Shown one piece after another: positions 1 through 22,712 of a stretch of DNA of 64,000 bases. Where the stretch lies: assembly GCF_009914755.1 (NCBI RefSeq), contig NC_060936.1; one strand, 5' to 3'. The notes under the pieces were generated by a model that did no database searches, was not told the origin of the DNA, and worked only from the letters and a program-made list of their open reading frames with translations. The translations under genes and the position numbers were made by a program. The stretch is from the human T2T-CHM13v2.0 reference genome, Homo sapiens. Position 1 is the stretch's first letter. Each line of letters begins with the position of its first letter.

Positions 1-2282
<2,282 letters not shown>

Positions 2283-2289
2283 AAAATCT

Positions 2290-2618
2290 GGTCCAGGCGT
2301 GGTGGGTCATGCCTGTCATCCCAGCACTTCAGGAGGTTGAGGCAGTCGGATCATCCAAGGTCAGGAGTTCCAGACCAGCCTGGCCAACATGGTGAAACCC
2401 CGTCTCTACTAAAAATACAAAAAAAAAAGCAAACAAACAAAAAAAAACAATTAGCTGGGCGTGGTGGCAGGCATCTTGTAATCCCAGCTACTTTGGAGGC
2501 AGAGACAGGAGAATCATTTGAACCTGGGAGGCGGAGGTTGCATTGAGCCAAGATCTTGCCATTGCACTCTGGGCAAAAAAAGTGAAACTCCATCTCAAAA
2601 AAAAAAAAAAAAAAAAAA
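2290..2618 (+). mobile_element. AluS (Sq/Sp-like) with expanded middle A-rich linker
   Basis: Alu dimer with long A-tail; flanking repeat aaaatct at 2283-2289 and 2615-2621. Confidence 0.92.
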
Positions 2619-2621
2619 TCT

Positions 2622-2912
2622 GGCCGGGTGCGGTGGCTCACTTCTGTAAATCCCAGCACTTTGGGAGGCCAAGGGTGTGCAGATCACTTAAGGTCAGGAG
2701 TTTGAGACCAGCCTGGCCAACATGGTGAAACCCTGTCTCTAATAATAATACAAAAATTAGCTGGACATGGTGGTGCATGTCTGTAATCCCAGGTACTCGA
2801 GAAACTGAGGCACGAGAATCACTTGAACCGAAGAGGCAGAGGTTGCAGTGAGCTGAGATCGTGCCTGCACTCCAGCCTAGGCGACAGAGTGAGACACTGT
2901 CTCCAAAAAAAA
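2622..2912 (+). mobile_element. AluS (Sx/Sz-like), in tandem with the preceding Alu
   Basis: ggccgggtgcggtggctca start, both arms, short A-tail. Confidence 0.92.
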
Positions 2913-5261
2913 TTTTTCAAATGTTACATAGTGTGTATTCTACTTTTTCAAAAAATTGGAAAACTACTTTTAAAGGCATTTAACAAACAAGAAGTTCTGG
3001 AGAAATAACGTTTTACAGTCACAACAAACAAACATCAAATACCCAAGCATGTTTTGGCTTGTACCGTAAGTTCACCATATGGTCCTCATGGTTTCCTCTG
3101 TTAAGATGGAACTCTTTGGGGTAAACCAGCATGAAGGCAAAAAGAATTATCAGGATCTCTACTGAATCCTTGCCTCGATCCACAAGTCACCGTTGAACAT
3201 GTATGACCATCTGGCGATGGGAGGCCATTCTTTTCAACAAGGAGACCAGTCAAAGAATGAATGGGAGGAGGGAAATATTCAGGTAAAACCAATAGGCATT
3301 TGACAATCACATCATGTCTAACACCAATTCTGTGCTTTCTAGGTTTTCTCCAAACATGAAATGTCAGTAAATGATGGAAATATCTAAAAAAAAAATTGTG
3401 ATATGTTTCATACCTCATAGCAGTTACCAAAAAAAAGCAACAGAATGTTAACAAGCACAAATGTTTTCATGTTTAACAAAGCATAGCACAAAACTTTAAG
3501 CACTGCCTTTCATTTCAAAAGATGCCAGCAAGTCTGAAACATAAGATGCACATTAGGTAACCAACCAAACAAGGAGCAATATCCCGAGAAAAAAAAGCCC
3601 TACCAAATATGAATTTGAATTCCAAATTTAAAGGAGCATACTGAGTTTCTTTTGCTTGGTCTAGAATCAGAATGACAATGCTATTTATTTAGATGTAGAA
3701 ATCAAAATTTAATATAAGAAGGAAGACATTTGATGGGAGAAGGTATTCTAGTCTAGAGATATTTAGGGGATAGGGAGAGATTAGACCAAAAACCAGGTCA
3801 ATATGAAATGACAGACATCAGATTAAAAAACATGGGTCCCAGTGTTGCCACAATAGCAGACCTCCCTAGGGGTCAAAATAAATGAAAAGAGAGGAAGAGT
3901 ATAGTCTCATTAAGGCAGCAAAATATAGAAAATAGACATGAATGTGCATCTGTGGTGAAATACAGTACTGACGGAAATTTTAGTCTTACTTAAATTTTGC
4001 AAGTCAGCCTGTAGCAATTGTTACAAGGGAAGGCAAAGCTACCATGAGTGGCAAACACTTGACATCTGTGTCATCACTCTCCCCTCCTATAAACATGGTA
4101 ACCATTGCTAATTCATAGCTACACTTCCCTTCTTTAATCTTAACAAGTCCTCAGAGGCCTTATCAGCTCAGCATTTTTGGTAGCCACTTTGAGTCCATTT
4201 GAGTTGGCATGTGTAATGCGACCTATCTGCCACTCTTGAATTTAATTTGTATTGTAATAGGAAGTGAGAGCCACATTTCCAGGACAAGTTATACCATACA
4301 AATAACAAGTTTAGATGAAAGAAGGTTCCTGATTTCCAAACCGAATTTAGCACCCACCTAGAGAGGAGAAGAATATGAAGTAATGCCCAGCTGTAAGAAA
4401 TCCAGCCGGGATACACAGTAAGTCTTAAAAGAGAAAAGGAGAATAACTACAGCTGATAAAGAGTTGTAATGACCAAATGAATCCCCAAATCAGAGGCTAG
4501 GTTAAATAAAAGCAGGGCTGATGAAAAGCTATTGGATTTGGGTACTAAGAGATTTTCAAGTAGATCTCTGAGTGCTATTTGTGTGCTGTGACTACCTCAG
4601 GAATCCAGGTGGGAGAGGCAATTATGTGTCTGCAGAAAAGGCAGACTGAGTTCTATTTTCAAGGAACATATGCCAAAAATACAAGTGAGGAAATTGGCTC
4701 ATGCTTAGGCAGAAGTTGGTGATCAAGGAAGAATTTATTTTTAAATAATGGGAATCACAAAAATATGATTAAAACTCTGTGGAAAGAACCCCAGAGACTA
4801 AAGGTCTATTTTATAATAGCAACAGAAAGAGATGGAAAAATCCCAAAGAGAAAACCTGCGGGGACATAGCTGAGCAGCAAGAAATCAGAGGAAATTAATA
4901 AGAGTCCCGACACAAACCTCATGAACCAAAGACTTCAAGTGGCAGGAGGAAAAACTGCAAACTTTCTGTGAGTTAGGAATGGTGTAGACGACCAGTGAAA
5001 ATTAGGGGAAGTGAATTTACACCGAGCTTTTCAGAGTGAAGCATATACACATCATTTTAGATTAAGATGGGGCTACAACTGAGGAGTCTATGACTCATGA
5101 GTAGAGGCCACACATCTATAGTGGCTTTGCCAGGCCATGCTCTTTCATCTCTAGTTCCTCTGTTAACCCTAAAATCTTGTTTCCACTCTACTAATTCCTC
5201 ATGTACTGCCACCCACTCTTTCATGCAACTCAAATGGAGGGAAGAAATGAATCAGGGTTAG

Positions 5262-5460
5262 TGGTCAGACAGCCCAAGCTTTGAATCTTAACTCCTACGC
5301 TTACTCTCTGTTTACAACCACTGTTCCCTCACTTGTTAAGTGGAAATAGCAATTCATCTCTTTAAACGCCATTATGAGAACAAAATAAGAAAAGATACAT
5401 AAAGCATCCGGAACCATACTTCATACTGATAGTTTCTTAATAATAACCAGCTATTGTTAT
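5262..5460 (+). mobile_element. MIR SINE remnant
   Basis: cagacagccc..tttgaatc..ctgttccctcacttgttaagtggaaatagc core-like motif. Confidence 0.55.
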
Positions 5461-5561
5461 TAAAAAGCCAAATAATTCCACTGTACACTTCTTCTGTAGA
5501 TTAGTGCCATAAACATTTTATTTGACTGACATGCCCAGCACTGAAAAATAAATTGAATAAC

Positions 5562-8500
5562 TTCTGCTTCTGGCTACGAGAGAGTAATAGGATCCAGGTT
5601 CATCCTCCCACCATAAATAATTACAAAAGTAGACAAAATATATAAACAACTGCTTTCAGACATTGGACCACAGGCAGTACAGGAGTGTGATCCTTAATAA
5701 AGACAAACAACAGAGGTGAGTCCTAAAATTTCTCTGGCTTAATTTTTTTTTCTGGTGCAGAGAGGAGGAATCCAAACAGAGCCCCACAGAGTCTGAGAGT
5801 TGAGGAAACAGAGATCAAAGATTGGGAAGGCTGAGGCAGCTAAAACGTTCAGGGCAGAATATCAGAAAAAAATTGAGTGACAAGAGAAAAAGCCCTAAAA
5901 TTAACAGAGGGATCAATTTGAGTCTTTGACTGAATACCAGTTTACAGATGAATAAGAAAAAAACTCCATGAAATCAAGGACAGAACAACTTTCAGGGAAA
6001 GAACAATTCTGGGGGCATGTAAGCTAAAGTTTTCAGAGCTCACATGGGGCTAGGAACTATTTATGATTCCAGAAGCCAGAGTGGTGAAACTGTGTTGAGT
6101 GCATGGGGCATTCAGTAGAGAGCTCAGAACAGTCACAAAATACTAGTGACAATAAAGTAATCCTACGCTTACAATAAAAAAATGAAAACGATTAAAAACA
6201 AGTCTCAAAAGGATCAAAGTGATCCACAAGTAACTTACTGCCGGCCAACACTCGATAAAGGAAAAACCGAAAAAGAAAAACCTCAAAAACACTCAACCAT
6301 TTAAAATGTCTAAAGCCTATCATCCATTTAAAAATTGATAGACATACAAAGAAGTAGTCCTAGAAACATGAAAAAAAATAAGTCAATGTAAACAGATCCA
6401 GGCGTGATGGAGATGGTACATTGGCAAATGATGATGTTAAATATGCCCAATATGCTCAGAAATTTGAAAGAAAAATGTTAATGTAACAAAGAAAGATAGA
6501 AATAAAAGATGTAAAAAAAACAAAATTTGTAGAAATAAAATATAAATTATGTAAAATTAAAATTTTACTGGATAGGATTTGCAGCAATTTTACACTACAA
6601 AAAAAATCAATAAAATTGGAAACATAATAATAGAAACTATCCAAAAATTAAATACACAGAATAGAAAGATTGAAGAAAAGAGAAATTTTTTAAAGAAAAT
6701 ACCAAGTTGTCTAATACATAGACATCATTGAAGTACAAGTAAAACGGTGGGTAGGACAGAAAATGTTCTTAAATAATAATGGTCAGAAATGTTCCACATT
6801 TCATAAAAATTATAAACTTACAGCTCCAAGGAACTCAAGAAACTTTAAGTAGGAAAAATATCAGAAAGAAAGAAAGGGAGGGGGAGGAAAAGAGGGAGAG
6901 GTGGAGGGAAAGAAAAGTGGAGGAAGACTAATTATAATTGAATTGCTGAAAAACAGAGATAAAGAGAAAATCTTAAAATTAGCCAAAGAAGAAAGGTCAA
7001 ATAGATCTTGAAGAGCAAAGATAAGAATCACTTCAGGCTTTATGAAAATTATGCAAATCAGAGGCAATGGAATGACATATTTAAAGTGTTGAACTTAAAA
7101 AATAGCTGTTATCCTAAAATTCTATAACCATGAAAATAGCTTCCAAAAATAAAGCAGAAATAAAGACTTTTTATTTAGGCACACAAAAGCTGATGTGAGG
7201 AGACCTGAACTACAAGAAACATTAAAAGAAGTTCTTTAGAAAACAGGAACACTATATCAGATGAAAATCTGAATTTACAAAAATGAATGAAGAGTAAAGG
7301 AAGTGATAAATATATTATGAAATTATTTAAATGACACTTGTCAAAAGTAAAAAATATAATGAAATGTATCATGTGGCTTATAATGAATATAAATAAAATA
7401 CATGTTGTTAATAGCACAAATTATTGTGCTATTATTATTGGAGGGGACAAATACAAGATACTAACATTATACAAGAAGTGGTGTAATATTGTTTTACATA
7501 GATTGTACTTAAAGATGTAGATTATAAATATCAGAGAAACAACTGAAAACATCCCCACAAACAGATACAGCTAATAAACCAACATGGAGATAAAATGTAA
7601 CCACAAAAATGTTCAATAAACACAAAAGAAAGTACGAAAGCCAGAAAAATGAGCAAAACAAATGGCACAAATAGAAATAACATAGCAAGATACTAGATAT
7701 AAATTCAACCATATTGATAATTAGATTAAATATTTTGTTTAATGCTCCAATTAAAAGAGAAATATTTGGAGAGGATAAGAAAGCAAAATCCCCTTTATAA
7801 GCTGTCTATAGAAAACTTATTTTAAAAATAAAGATACAGATAGTTTAAAAGGAATGGAAAGATATACGATACAAACACTATTCATAATATAGCTACAGTG
7901 GCTAAATTAGTATCAAAGAAAGTGGAACAAGGAATGCTATCAAGGATAAAAGGAACATAGCATAATAAAACATTAATTCATCAAGAAGACAGCAAACTTA
8001 AATGCATGTGCAGCCAATAACAACATTTCAAAATACATGAAACAAAAACTGACAGAAGAAGAAAATAAGCAGTTTCACAATTATAGTTGCAGATTTCAAA
8101 ATCCCTTTCTCAACAACTGATAAAACAAATAGACAAAAATTCAGCAAGTATATGGAAGACTTGAACATTATCAAACCACTTGACCTAATTTACAAATATA
8201 GAACATTCCATCCAATAAGAGCAGAATATATATTCTTTTTAAATTCACCCAAAATGTTTACGAAGATATTATATTCTGGGTCATAAAAAACATTCAAAAA
8301 TTTTCAAAAGTAAAATCATAGAAGATATATTTTGTGACCACACAAAATTAAATTAGATGTTAGAAAATACATTTTGGAAATATTCAAACATTTGGAAACT
8401 AAATGATAGACTTTTAAATAACTTTTTGGTTAAAGAAAAAGTTATAAGAATATTAGAAAATATTTTTATCTGGAGGAAAATGTAGATACATCAAACTTTA

Positions 8501-8598
8501 TGGATGCAACTGAAGCAATGATTAAAGAATTGTATAGCTTTAAATGCTTACATTTGAAAACCATAAAGGTCTAAAATAAATGACTTAAATTTGCATTT
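5562..8598 (+). mobile_element. Ancient L1M element (5'UTR, ORF1 and ORF2 endonuclease region), degraded
   Basis: Very A-rich strand with recognisable L1M ORF1 (aaattgctgaaaa..gataaagagaaaatcttaaa) and EN-type motifs (aatgctccaattaaaaga, gcagaatatatattcttt); no intact ORF. Confidence 0.75.
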
Positions 8599-8611
8599 TA
8601 TTGTGATTGGG

Positions 8612-8900
8612 GCAGGGAATAAAGGAAAGGAAAGAGAGAAAGAAAGGAGTCAGTGAAAAGGAAGAAAGAAAGAGAAAGAGAGAGAAAGGAAGAAAGAAAG
8701 AGAGAAAGAAGGAAAGAGAGAGAAAGGGAGAGAGAAAGAAAGAAAAGGAGAGAAAGAAAGAAAAGAAAAGAAAGAAATAAAAAGAAAGAAAGAGAAAGAA
8801 AGGGAGGAAGGAAAAGAAAGAGGAGAGAAGGAAAGAAAGAGGGAAGAGAGAGAGAAGGAAGGAAGAAGGAAGGAAAGAAGGAAGGAAGGAAGGAAGGAAA
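8612..8900 (+). repeat. Polypurine (GAAA/GGAA/GA)n low-complexity tract
   Basis: ~290 bp almost entirely A/G; explains the spurious K/R/E-rich and F/S/L-rich ORFs here. Confidence 0.95.
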
Positions 8901-9099
8901 ATCCACCAAGACTCATTATAATTGAATTGCTGAAAAACAGAGATAAAGAGAAAATCTAAAATGTAGCCAAAGAAAAATGATCAAATGGGTCTAGAAGAAC
9001 AAATCACTTATGACTTCACAAAAAGTATGCAAATCAGAGGCAATGGAATGACATATTGAGGACTTAATACAAGATAGGAGTTTTGGAAACTTTTCATTC

Positions 9100-9515
9100 C
9101 TTTAATCTTCAAGACAATGCTCTGATGTAGTCTTTGTTTTCCACATTTTACAAAAGAGAAAGCTAAGGCTCACAGAAATAAATGGCACATAGTAGTCATT
9201 AGTGGTAGGAGCATAACAGAATGTAATGCAGGTCCACCAGGTGTCCAATACTTGACCTCTTACCTCTTCCCACCATCCCAGTCATCTGTAGATTTGGTAG
9301 ACCTGATCATATCAGTGTTATGGTGCTTATTAGGTGAGAAACACTGTTCTAAGTGCCTTAGAGCAATTCATTTAATCTTAATAACAACTCAGTGAGGCAT
9401 GTCCTACAGTTTTATCACTGTCTTACATGTGAGGAAACTGAGGCACAGAGATGTTAAGTCATTTGCTCAAGGTTAAAATGTCTATAGGTAGAAGGTCCAG
9501 AATTTGACCCAACCT
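9100..9515 (-). mobile_element. Two MIR remnants
   Basis: cattttacaaaagagaaagctaaggctcacag and gaggaaactgaggcacagagatgttaagtcatttgctcaagg core motifs. Confidence 0.7.
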
Positions 9516-10426
9516 AAGTAGTTCCAGGGTTGCTGGCCTCAGCCACCCCGCTGTACTGCCTCTCACCACAAGCTGTCAAGTTCACATGCATCCTTGCTAC
9601 CCCCAGGTGAGCAATGCCAAGTGAACTCCTGCTCATCAGAGGTCTGATCAGCAGCCACTCCAAAGGCAAGCCAGACATTGATGGATACATCAGCAAAACC
9701 TTTTCCAGCTTATTTTTTTCTTAAACTTTTCATAGTTCAGGTAACCACTAGAATAATAGATATTAGACTCCAGCCTTTCACCCTTTAGGAAATGTATTTC
9801 CCAGTCCACATGCCAGCACGTATCCCAAGCTGGGATGACAATTGGGTTTTATTTTTCTTAGAAAAGGTGAATTTCACACATGGAGTTGATCTCCATGGGT
9901 TGCTTTTGGTTTTGTTTTTATTTTTACTTTTTTTAAAAGAAAGAAAATATAAATTGGGAAGTTGTTCAAAGCAATATAGCAATTATTTACACTGCTTTTG
10001 TGCAGACACTTCTCCCAGCTGCTGCTAAAAAGGCGAGAAGACATTTTACCAAATGTTTTACCTGTGGCAACTCCCTTCTGTTTGTTACCTCTGAAGAAGC
10101 AAAGTGAATTTTGCCAAGAAGCAACGTGAAATGTGTTCTCAGAACCATATCCCTCCTTGTGTTTCCACGGGTAGGTGGGGGTGAATTTTTTCAGACTCCC
10201 TTTACTTACTTTGTCCTCATGGAGTTGAAATAATTGATCTAATTGCTCAATTTGGGAAGAATTCTGGAGCAAATTCTGTTTCTCTTTTACATTGTCTTGA
10301 GCTGCCTTCAGGGCTAAGAGAGGAACTAACCTTAAATTTGTGTGTGGCTGGTCTTACAACTCAAGAGACAATTTCCCCACAGGATTTCAAGCTGACTTTG
10401 GATTTATGCATAAGAAGCAAAAACTT

Positions 10427-10676
<250 letters not shown>

Positions 10677-10737
10677 GCAAAAAAACTTTATTTTTACTTC
10701 TACTTTACTGGAGAAATTTACTATTTACATAAGATCC

Positions 10738-11078
10738 CTCCTGTGATCCCAGCACTTTGGGAGGCTGAGGCAGGAGGATAGCTTAAGGCCAGAAGTTCAA
10801 GACCAGCCCTGGCAACATAGTGAGACCACATCTCTAGAAAAAAATTAAATATAATTAGCCAGGCATGGTGGCACACACCTGTAGTCCCACCTATTTACTA
10901 CAGGTATGGGCCAAGTGTAGTCAGTCGGTGGGACTACAGTTGTGTACCACCTCCAGAGGCTAAGGTGGGAAGATCGCTTGAGTCCAGGAGTTTGAAGCTG
11001 CAGCGAGCTATGATCATGATCATGCTACTGCACTACAGCCTGGAAAATGGAATGAGACCCTATCTCTAAGAATAATAT
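10738..11078 (+). mobile_element. AluJ-like element with an internal inverted-repeat insertion
   Basis: Alu arms interrupted at ~10892-10951 by non-consensus sequence containing an inverted copy of 10867-10891. Confidence 0.85.
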
Positions 11079-13349
11079 AAAGAAGTTGAAATTTACTTGA
11101 AAGAAAAATCTCTTAGGTCTAAGCAATTCCATGATGGGAATCAGTGGTAGTGGTCACAGTAGCATAAAACCGAAATGCCTGCTCACAAGATTTTGGAGTA
11201 CATGGAAGCCAAACTATTGAACAAAGCTCACCCTTCATGAAAGCATCTTCAAAATTCTAGTAACACAAGTCCCTAAGGGGGAATGGGAATTGCGAGCTTC
11301 TAAATATACTTGAAAAAGCAAAGCACTCGAATAAGACCAGTGACTGGAGCTGCCGTTGTCTGAATTTCTAAACATTGCTAGCAGGTGGAAAGATCTCAAG
11401 AAACCTTTTCTGAGAAAGAAGTCAATATGAGGACAAAGACTTCCTCTTGCAAACATAGTAAATGCAGTGTCCAAAATCAAGCTCTTGTGAGAACATTTCT
11501 GTCAACCGTGTTCACATTCATGGATTGTGACTTCAGGACAAATGGCAGCTACTAATCGACATGCTGATGAAACTAAAACTTCTCTCAAAGGCCATTAAGT
11601 TTCTGGGTACCATCTGTGCCAACACTAATTCAGATAATGCAGAAGGCTTGCTAAATTTTGGGATTTCTTTTCTGTTCGAGTTCTGAACAATTTGAGAAAA
11701 TGTGATATAGAGAACTAAAATACGAGGAGAGACTAAGTTAGAGTGACTAGTCAAGTCCGGAAGTTAAGTGGACTGAACGATTATTGAATTCCAGAATTAG
11801 GTAGACCTATCTGCTGGGTCACACCAGTGCTGGGGCCAGCAGGTCTCCTCCATCTCCATCCCTGCAGGAACAACAGAAAAGTTAAGCGAAGTATGTTCCT
11901 TGCTGGAAGCTCCTCTCAAGAGGAAAAAGAGTGAGCCAGCATGCACACACCCAGTGATGATTCTTCTCCAATATTCAAGGTGAAGAATCCAGGGAAGAAT
12001 TCCCCTCCTCATGGAAACCAAGAATGGGAAAATGGTTTTTCTATCTAGCAAAGTCCAAAGGAAATATTCCTTTTCTTCTCCTATTTTCTGCTTCAGATCA
12101 GTTTGTAAAATATTTTATTGTAACTTAAGGAACTTGGTTCTTATACTTCGGTCTTGTATTTTTGCAACTCTTGTGGTTGTATGGTGCAGTGATTTAGAAT
12201 AACATTAGCCCTTTATGAGTTTGTACCAGTAACAAAAGGACTATGGTAAAAAGTCATCTTGCTTTTATAGTTCATGGCTGACCTCAAACAATATGTACAC
12301 CATTTTCTGTTAACATTTCAGTGTAGACCATTATAACTTTTCATGTCAGAAAAGTGAAAAAAACACTTTTTCCTATTAATTGGTTGGCCACCAAAATTTT
12401 CAAATTTTTAAAGATTTTATTTATTTTTCAGTGGCCATCAACTCCAGGGATATGAGCAAGGAAGCAAGCATATCACTTTTGCCCTTTGGCAACTAGAAGA
12501 GGGATTTCCAAATCATTTTGCTCCACCTATATCACCTAGGTCTCTCCGTATATATTGATCTCCCTTTCAATAATCGTACATGATTCTAGCTTCTCCATCC
12601 CGCAAAGTCTTTTCTATCACAAATAGATGTATTCCAATTTTCAGTTCTTTAGTATGCTTTCATTGATGAGTAGATCAAATAAAATAAGGTATAACTTTTT
12701 TAAAAATACAATTGACATGGTGGGCTTAAACTCAGTGGAGTGTGTCTGCAGAGCTGTAAAACAATGACCCTTGCTCCTCTTCATTGAAGTGATGGGTCAG
12801 AGACAGATATGACCATTAACTGTTGTCCCATCTGGACACCTTAACCATCACATATGACAGCAGCCATAGAATTTCCTAACCTGATCTGCCAATGTTGAGA
12901 AGGTTAACGATTGTGATTGCTTAAATTTTACTTCTAAGCTAGATTTTTTCAGGTATGTCACATCAATGGAGCTTGAGGAGGATTACACATGAAAGTTTGA
13001 ATTTCCGAAAGAATGTCCATTTTTCTCAAGTTCTTCAAGACTTTGAAAAAATTACGTTTTTAAAAACTTATTTTTTTTGCAAGACATCAACTCTCAGTAA
13101 ATGTTTATCTTTAATTTTAACCTGAAACTAAGTTTGAGAAATTCCAGTCCACATGGATTTTGTTTTCACAAAACTCATCAAAAAGGCTTACAGAAGACTG
13201 CCTCTGATGGAAAAAAAAAGATGAAATTGCTACTTCAACTTCAAGAAAGTCTTGAGTGCTTTATTTTACTGTGTGACTCAATTTACTCACAAATCTCCAA
13301 TTGGTTGAAATCCAATTTAAATAGATGAAGAAATGTCAACACTTTTCAA

Positions 13350-13392
13350 AAAAGAAAGAAAAGAAAGTAGAAAGAAGAAAGAAAGGAAAAAG

Positions 13393-13425
<33 letters not shown>

Positions 13426-13532
13426 GGGAGGGAGGGAAAGAAAGAAAGAAGGAAAGAAAGAAAGGGCAAACAAGCAAGAAAGAGAGAGAAAGAAAGCAGG
13501 CAGGGAGAGAGGAAAAGGGGCAGAGAGGGAGG
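13350..13532 (+). repeat. Polypurine (GAAA/GA/GGGA)n tract
   Basis: Low-complexity A/G run. Confidence 0.93.
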
Positions 13533-14239
13533 GTTGCAGAAGATACACTGACTTTCTGAATATCCACAACACTCAAACTATTAGAATAGGGGTAGGGTAG
13601 GTCACTGAGCTGGAATTCTTTGATAATGCCTTGAAGAAATCCCTCCACTTGGTGGACTCTCAATAAGGACTCACTGTGGTCAATACCACCAACCACTTCA
13701 GCACTTCCCTCTTCATTTCCCTACATTCTCTCCTCAACCCATATTTGCAACAAGGCCAAGGGGCTCATCCCCTGTCTGTAATCATTTCTACTTCCCACTG
13801 AAAGCAAATGAGCCCTACAGCTGGCGACAAATACAAATCATGCCTTCCAGCCTTCCCTTGCCTCCTTGATGATCTCTAGACCTTTGCTTCTTTTCTAAGG
13901 ACCCTTACCTGATTCCTCAACTTCTTTATACTGGGCCTGAATGTCAGACTGGAGAAACAGGGCTCAGTTTTCAATCAGGCCCTGTGCTGTCTTGCTTCAC
14001 CAGGCTGCTTTCAGATGAAGAATTCTTCGAAGCATAGTGCTTCGTCTGCAGGCATCTGCCCGGACCAATGGAGACAGCCTGGGCTTTAGCACCAGAGCAG
14101 TCTGAATTTGAATCTTTTCTATTATCGGCTGTATGACACACACTGCAGCCGGAGTGTTCTTTCCAAGATGCAGTTCTGATCAAGTCCCTGCCTTCCTTAG
14201 AACCTTTCAGTAGCTTACTATTGCTTTTTACATAAAGGC

Positions 14240-20867
<6,628 letters not shown>

Positions 20868-21021
20868 AAGTCCAGCCTTGCATTCTGGCTTGTAGGCTCT
20901 GCAGATTCTCTGTCTCAACTCTTCCTTGAGCTTCTACCCATACCACTCTCTCATTCACACTCTAACTCTAGCCCTGTTGCATCTCTCTCAGTATAGTGAG
21001 CTCTTTTGCTTGATTATAAAG

Positions 21022-21256
21022 CAGGGGACAACACAATTTTCCTGTAAATGGCCAAATGACAGGAATTTTGTTTAGGCTTTGCAGGCCAAATAGTCTCTAT
21101 TGAAACTGTTCCCCTCTGCCATTGTGGTGCCAGTGCAGCTGTAGACAACACATACATGAATGGGTGTGGCTGCGTGACAATTCAACTAACACATGGGAGA
21201 TTGGGGCCAATTGGTGGGAATGCAGATTGGGCTGGGCCTTAGTTTGCTTACCCCTG
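21022..21256. mobile_element. MER58-like hAT-Charlie MITE within an L2 remnant
   Basis: Terminal inverted ends cagggg...cccctg; internal ttttcctgtaaatggccaaat and ggctttgcaggcca motifs. Confidence 0.75.
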
Positions 21257-21437
21257 CTGTACACCTTCATCCATGCTGTTTATTCTCTTTGCCTGGGACA
21301 CCTTCCATCTGCCTTTCACATGGCAAACCCATTTTTAGCTGGTTTTTTTTCCTTGCCCTAGCTTAGATGCCACTTTCTCCAGAAATTTTCCTTTATGCCA
21401 ACTCTAGGTTACGTACCCTCTCCCCATGAACTTTTAA

Positions 21438-21843
<406 letters not shown>

Positions 21844-22101
21844 AACAGGGACCAGTTTATCACTTTATACCCAGTACCTGAACCTAGTAGGCACCCAGTG
21901 AATAGTAGTTCTTATTGTTATTATTGCTACAGCATAATTATATTAAGTGAACTATTATGGGCAAGTCCAAAGATCTAGCCATTCTTCTATCAGAAAAATC
22001 AAACTGACAGCAATAAAGCCAAAAAATTCTCAAAATAGGACTTCCTCGAGGTCTAGATGGAAGAAATTTTAATAAACAGAGGCAATAGCCTAAGCCCCAA
22101 A

Positions 22102-22712
22102 TCAGTGGTTCCTAGCCTTCCTGTACATTGGAATCACCTCAGAGAGCTTTCATAATTACTGATGTCCAGATCCTATCTGCAGAAAGCCTTATTTAATTGT
22201 TTCAGAGTGCGACCTTGACATGGCATCTTTACAGTCTTCCCAGGTGTATTGGTTTGCTAGGGCTGCCTCAACAAATTATCACAAACTAGGTGTCTTGAAA
22301 CAACAGAAATATATTCTCTCACCATTCTGGAGGTCAGGAATCTGAAATTAACTTGTTGACAGTGCTGTGTTCCCTTGCCTCTTCTATATTCTGGTGCCTG
22401 TCACATTTCTTGTTATTCCTTGGCTTGTGGCCACATGACTCCAATCTCTGCCTCCTGTTCACATCTCTGTCTCCTGTGCATCTGTTCTCCTCTATGTCTC
22501 TTAGCAGGATACTGGGCTTTGGATTTAGGGCTAACTTGGAGAATCCAGCATGATCGAATCTTTAAGACCTTAACTTAATTACATCTACAGAGACTTTTTT
22601 TCCAAATAAGGTAACATTCACAGGTTCCAGAAATTAGGATATGGATCTATCTTTTTATGGGCCACCACTCAATCCAATGCAGCGGTTAATTCTGATTTAC
22701 AGCCACACCCTA
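22102..22712. mobile_element. MER5A-like hAT relic interrupted by an MLT1 LTR (22245-22681, minus)
   Basis: cagtggttcc..cattggaatcacc start; MLT1 motifs tgtattggtttgctagggctgcc and ttccaaataaggtaacattcacaggttcc. Confidence 0.75.

Noticed and set aside
8598-8925. K/R/E-rich and F/S/L-rich ORFs (also 13325-13696)
   Set aside because: Translations of polypurine/polypyrimidine simple repeats
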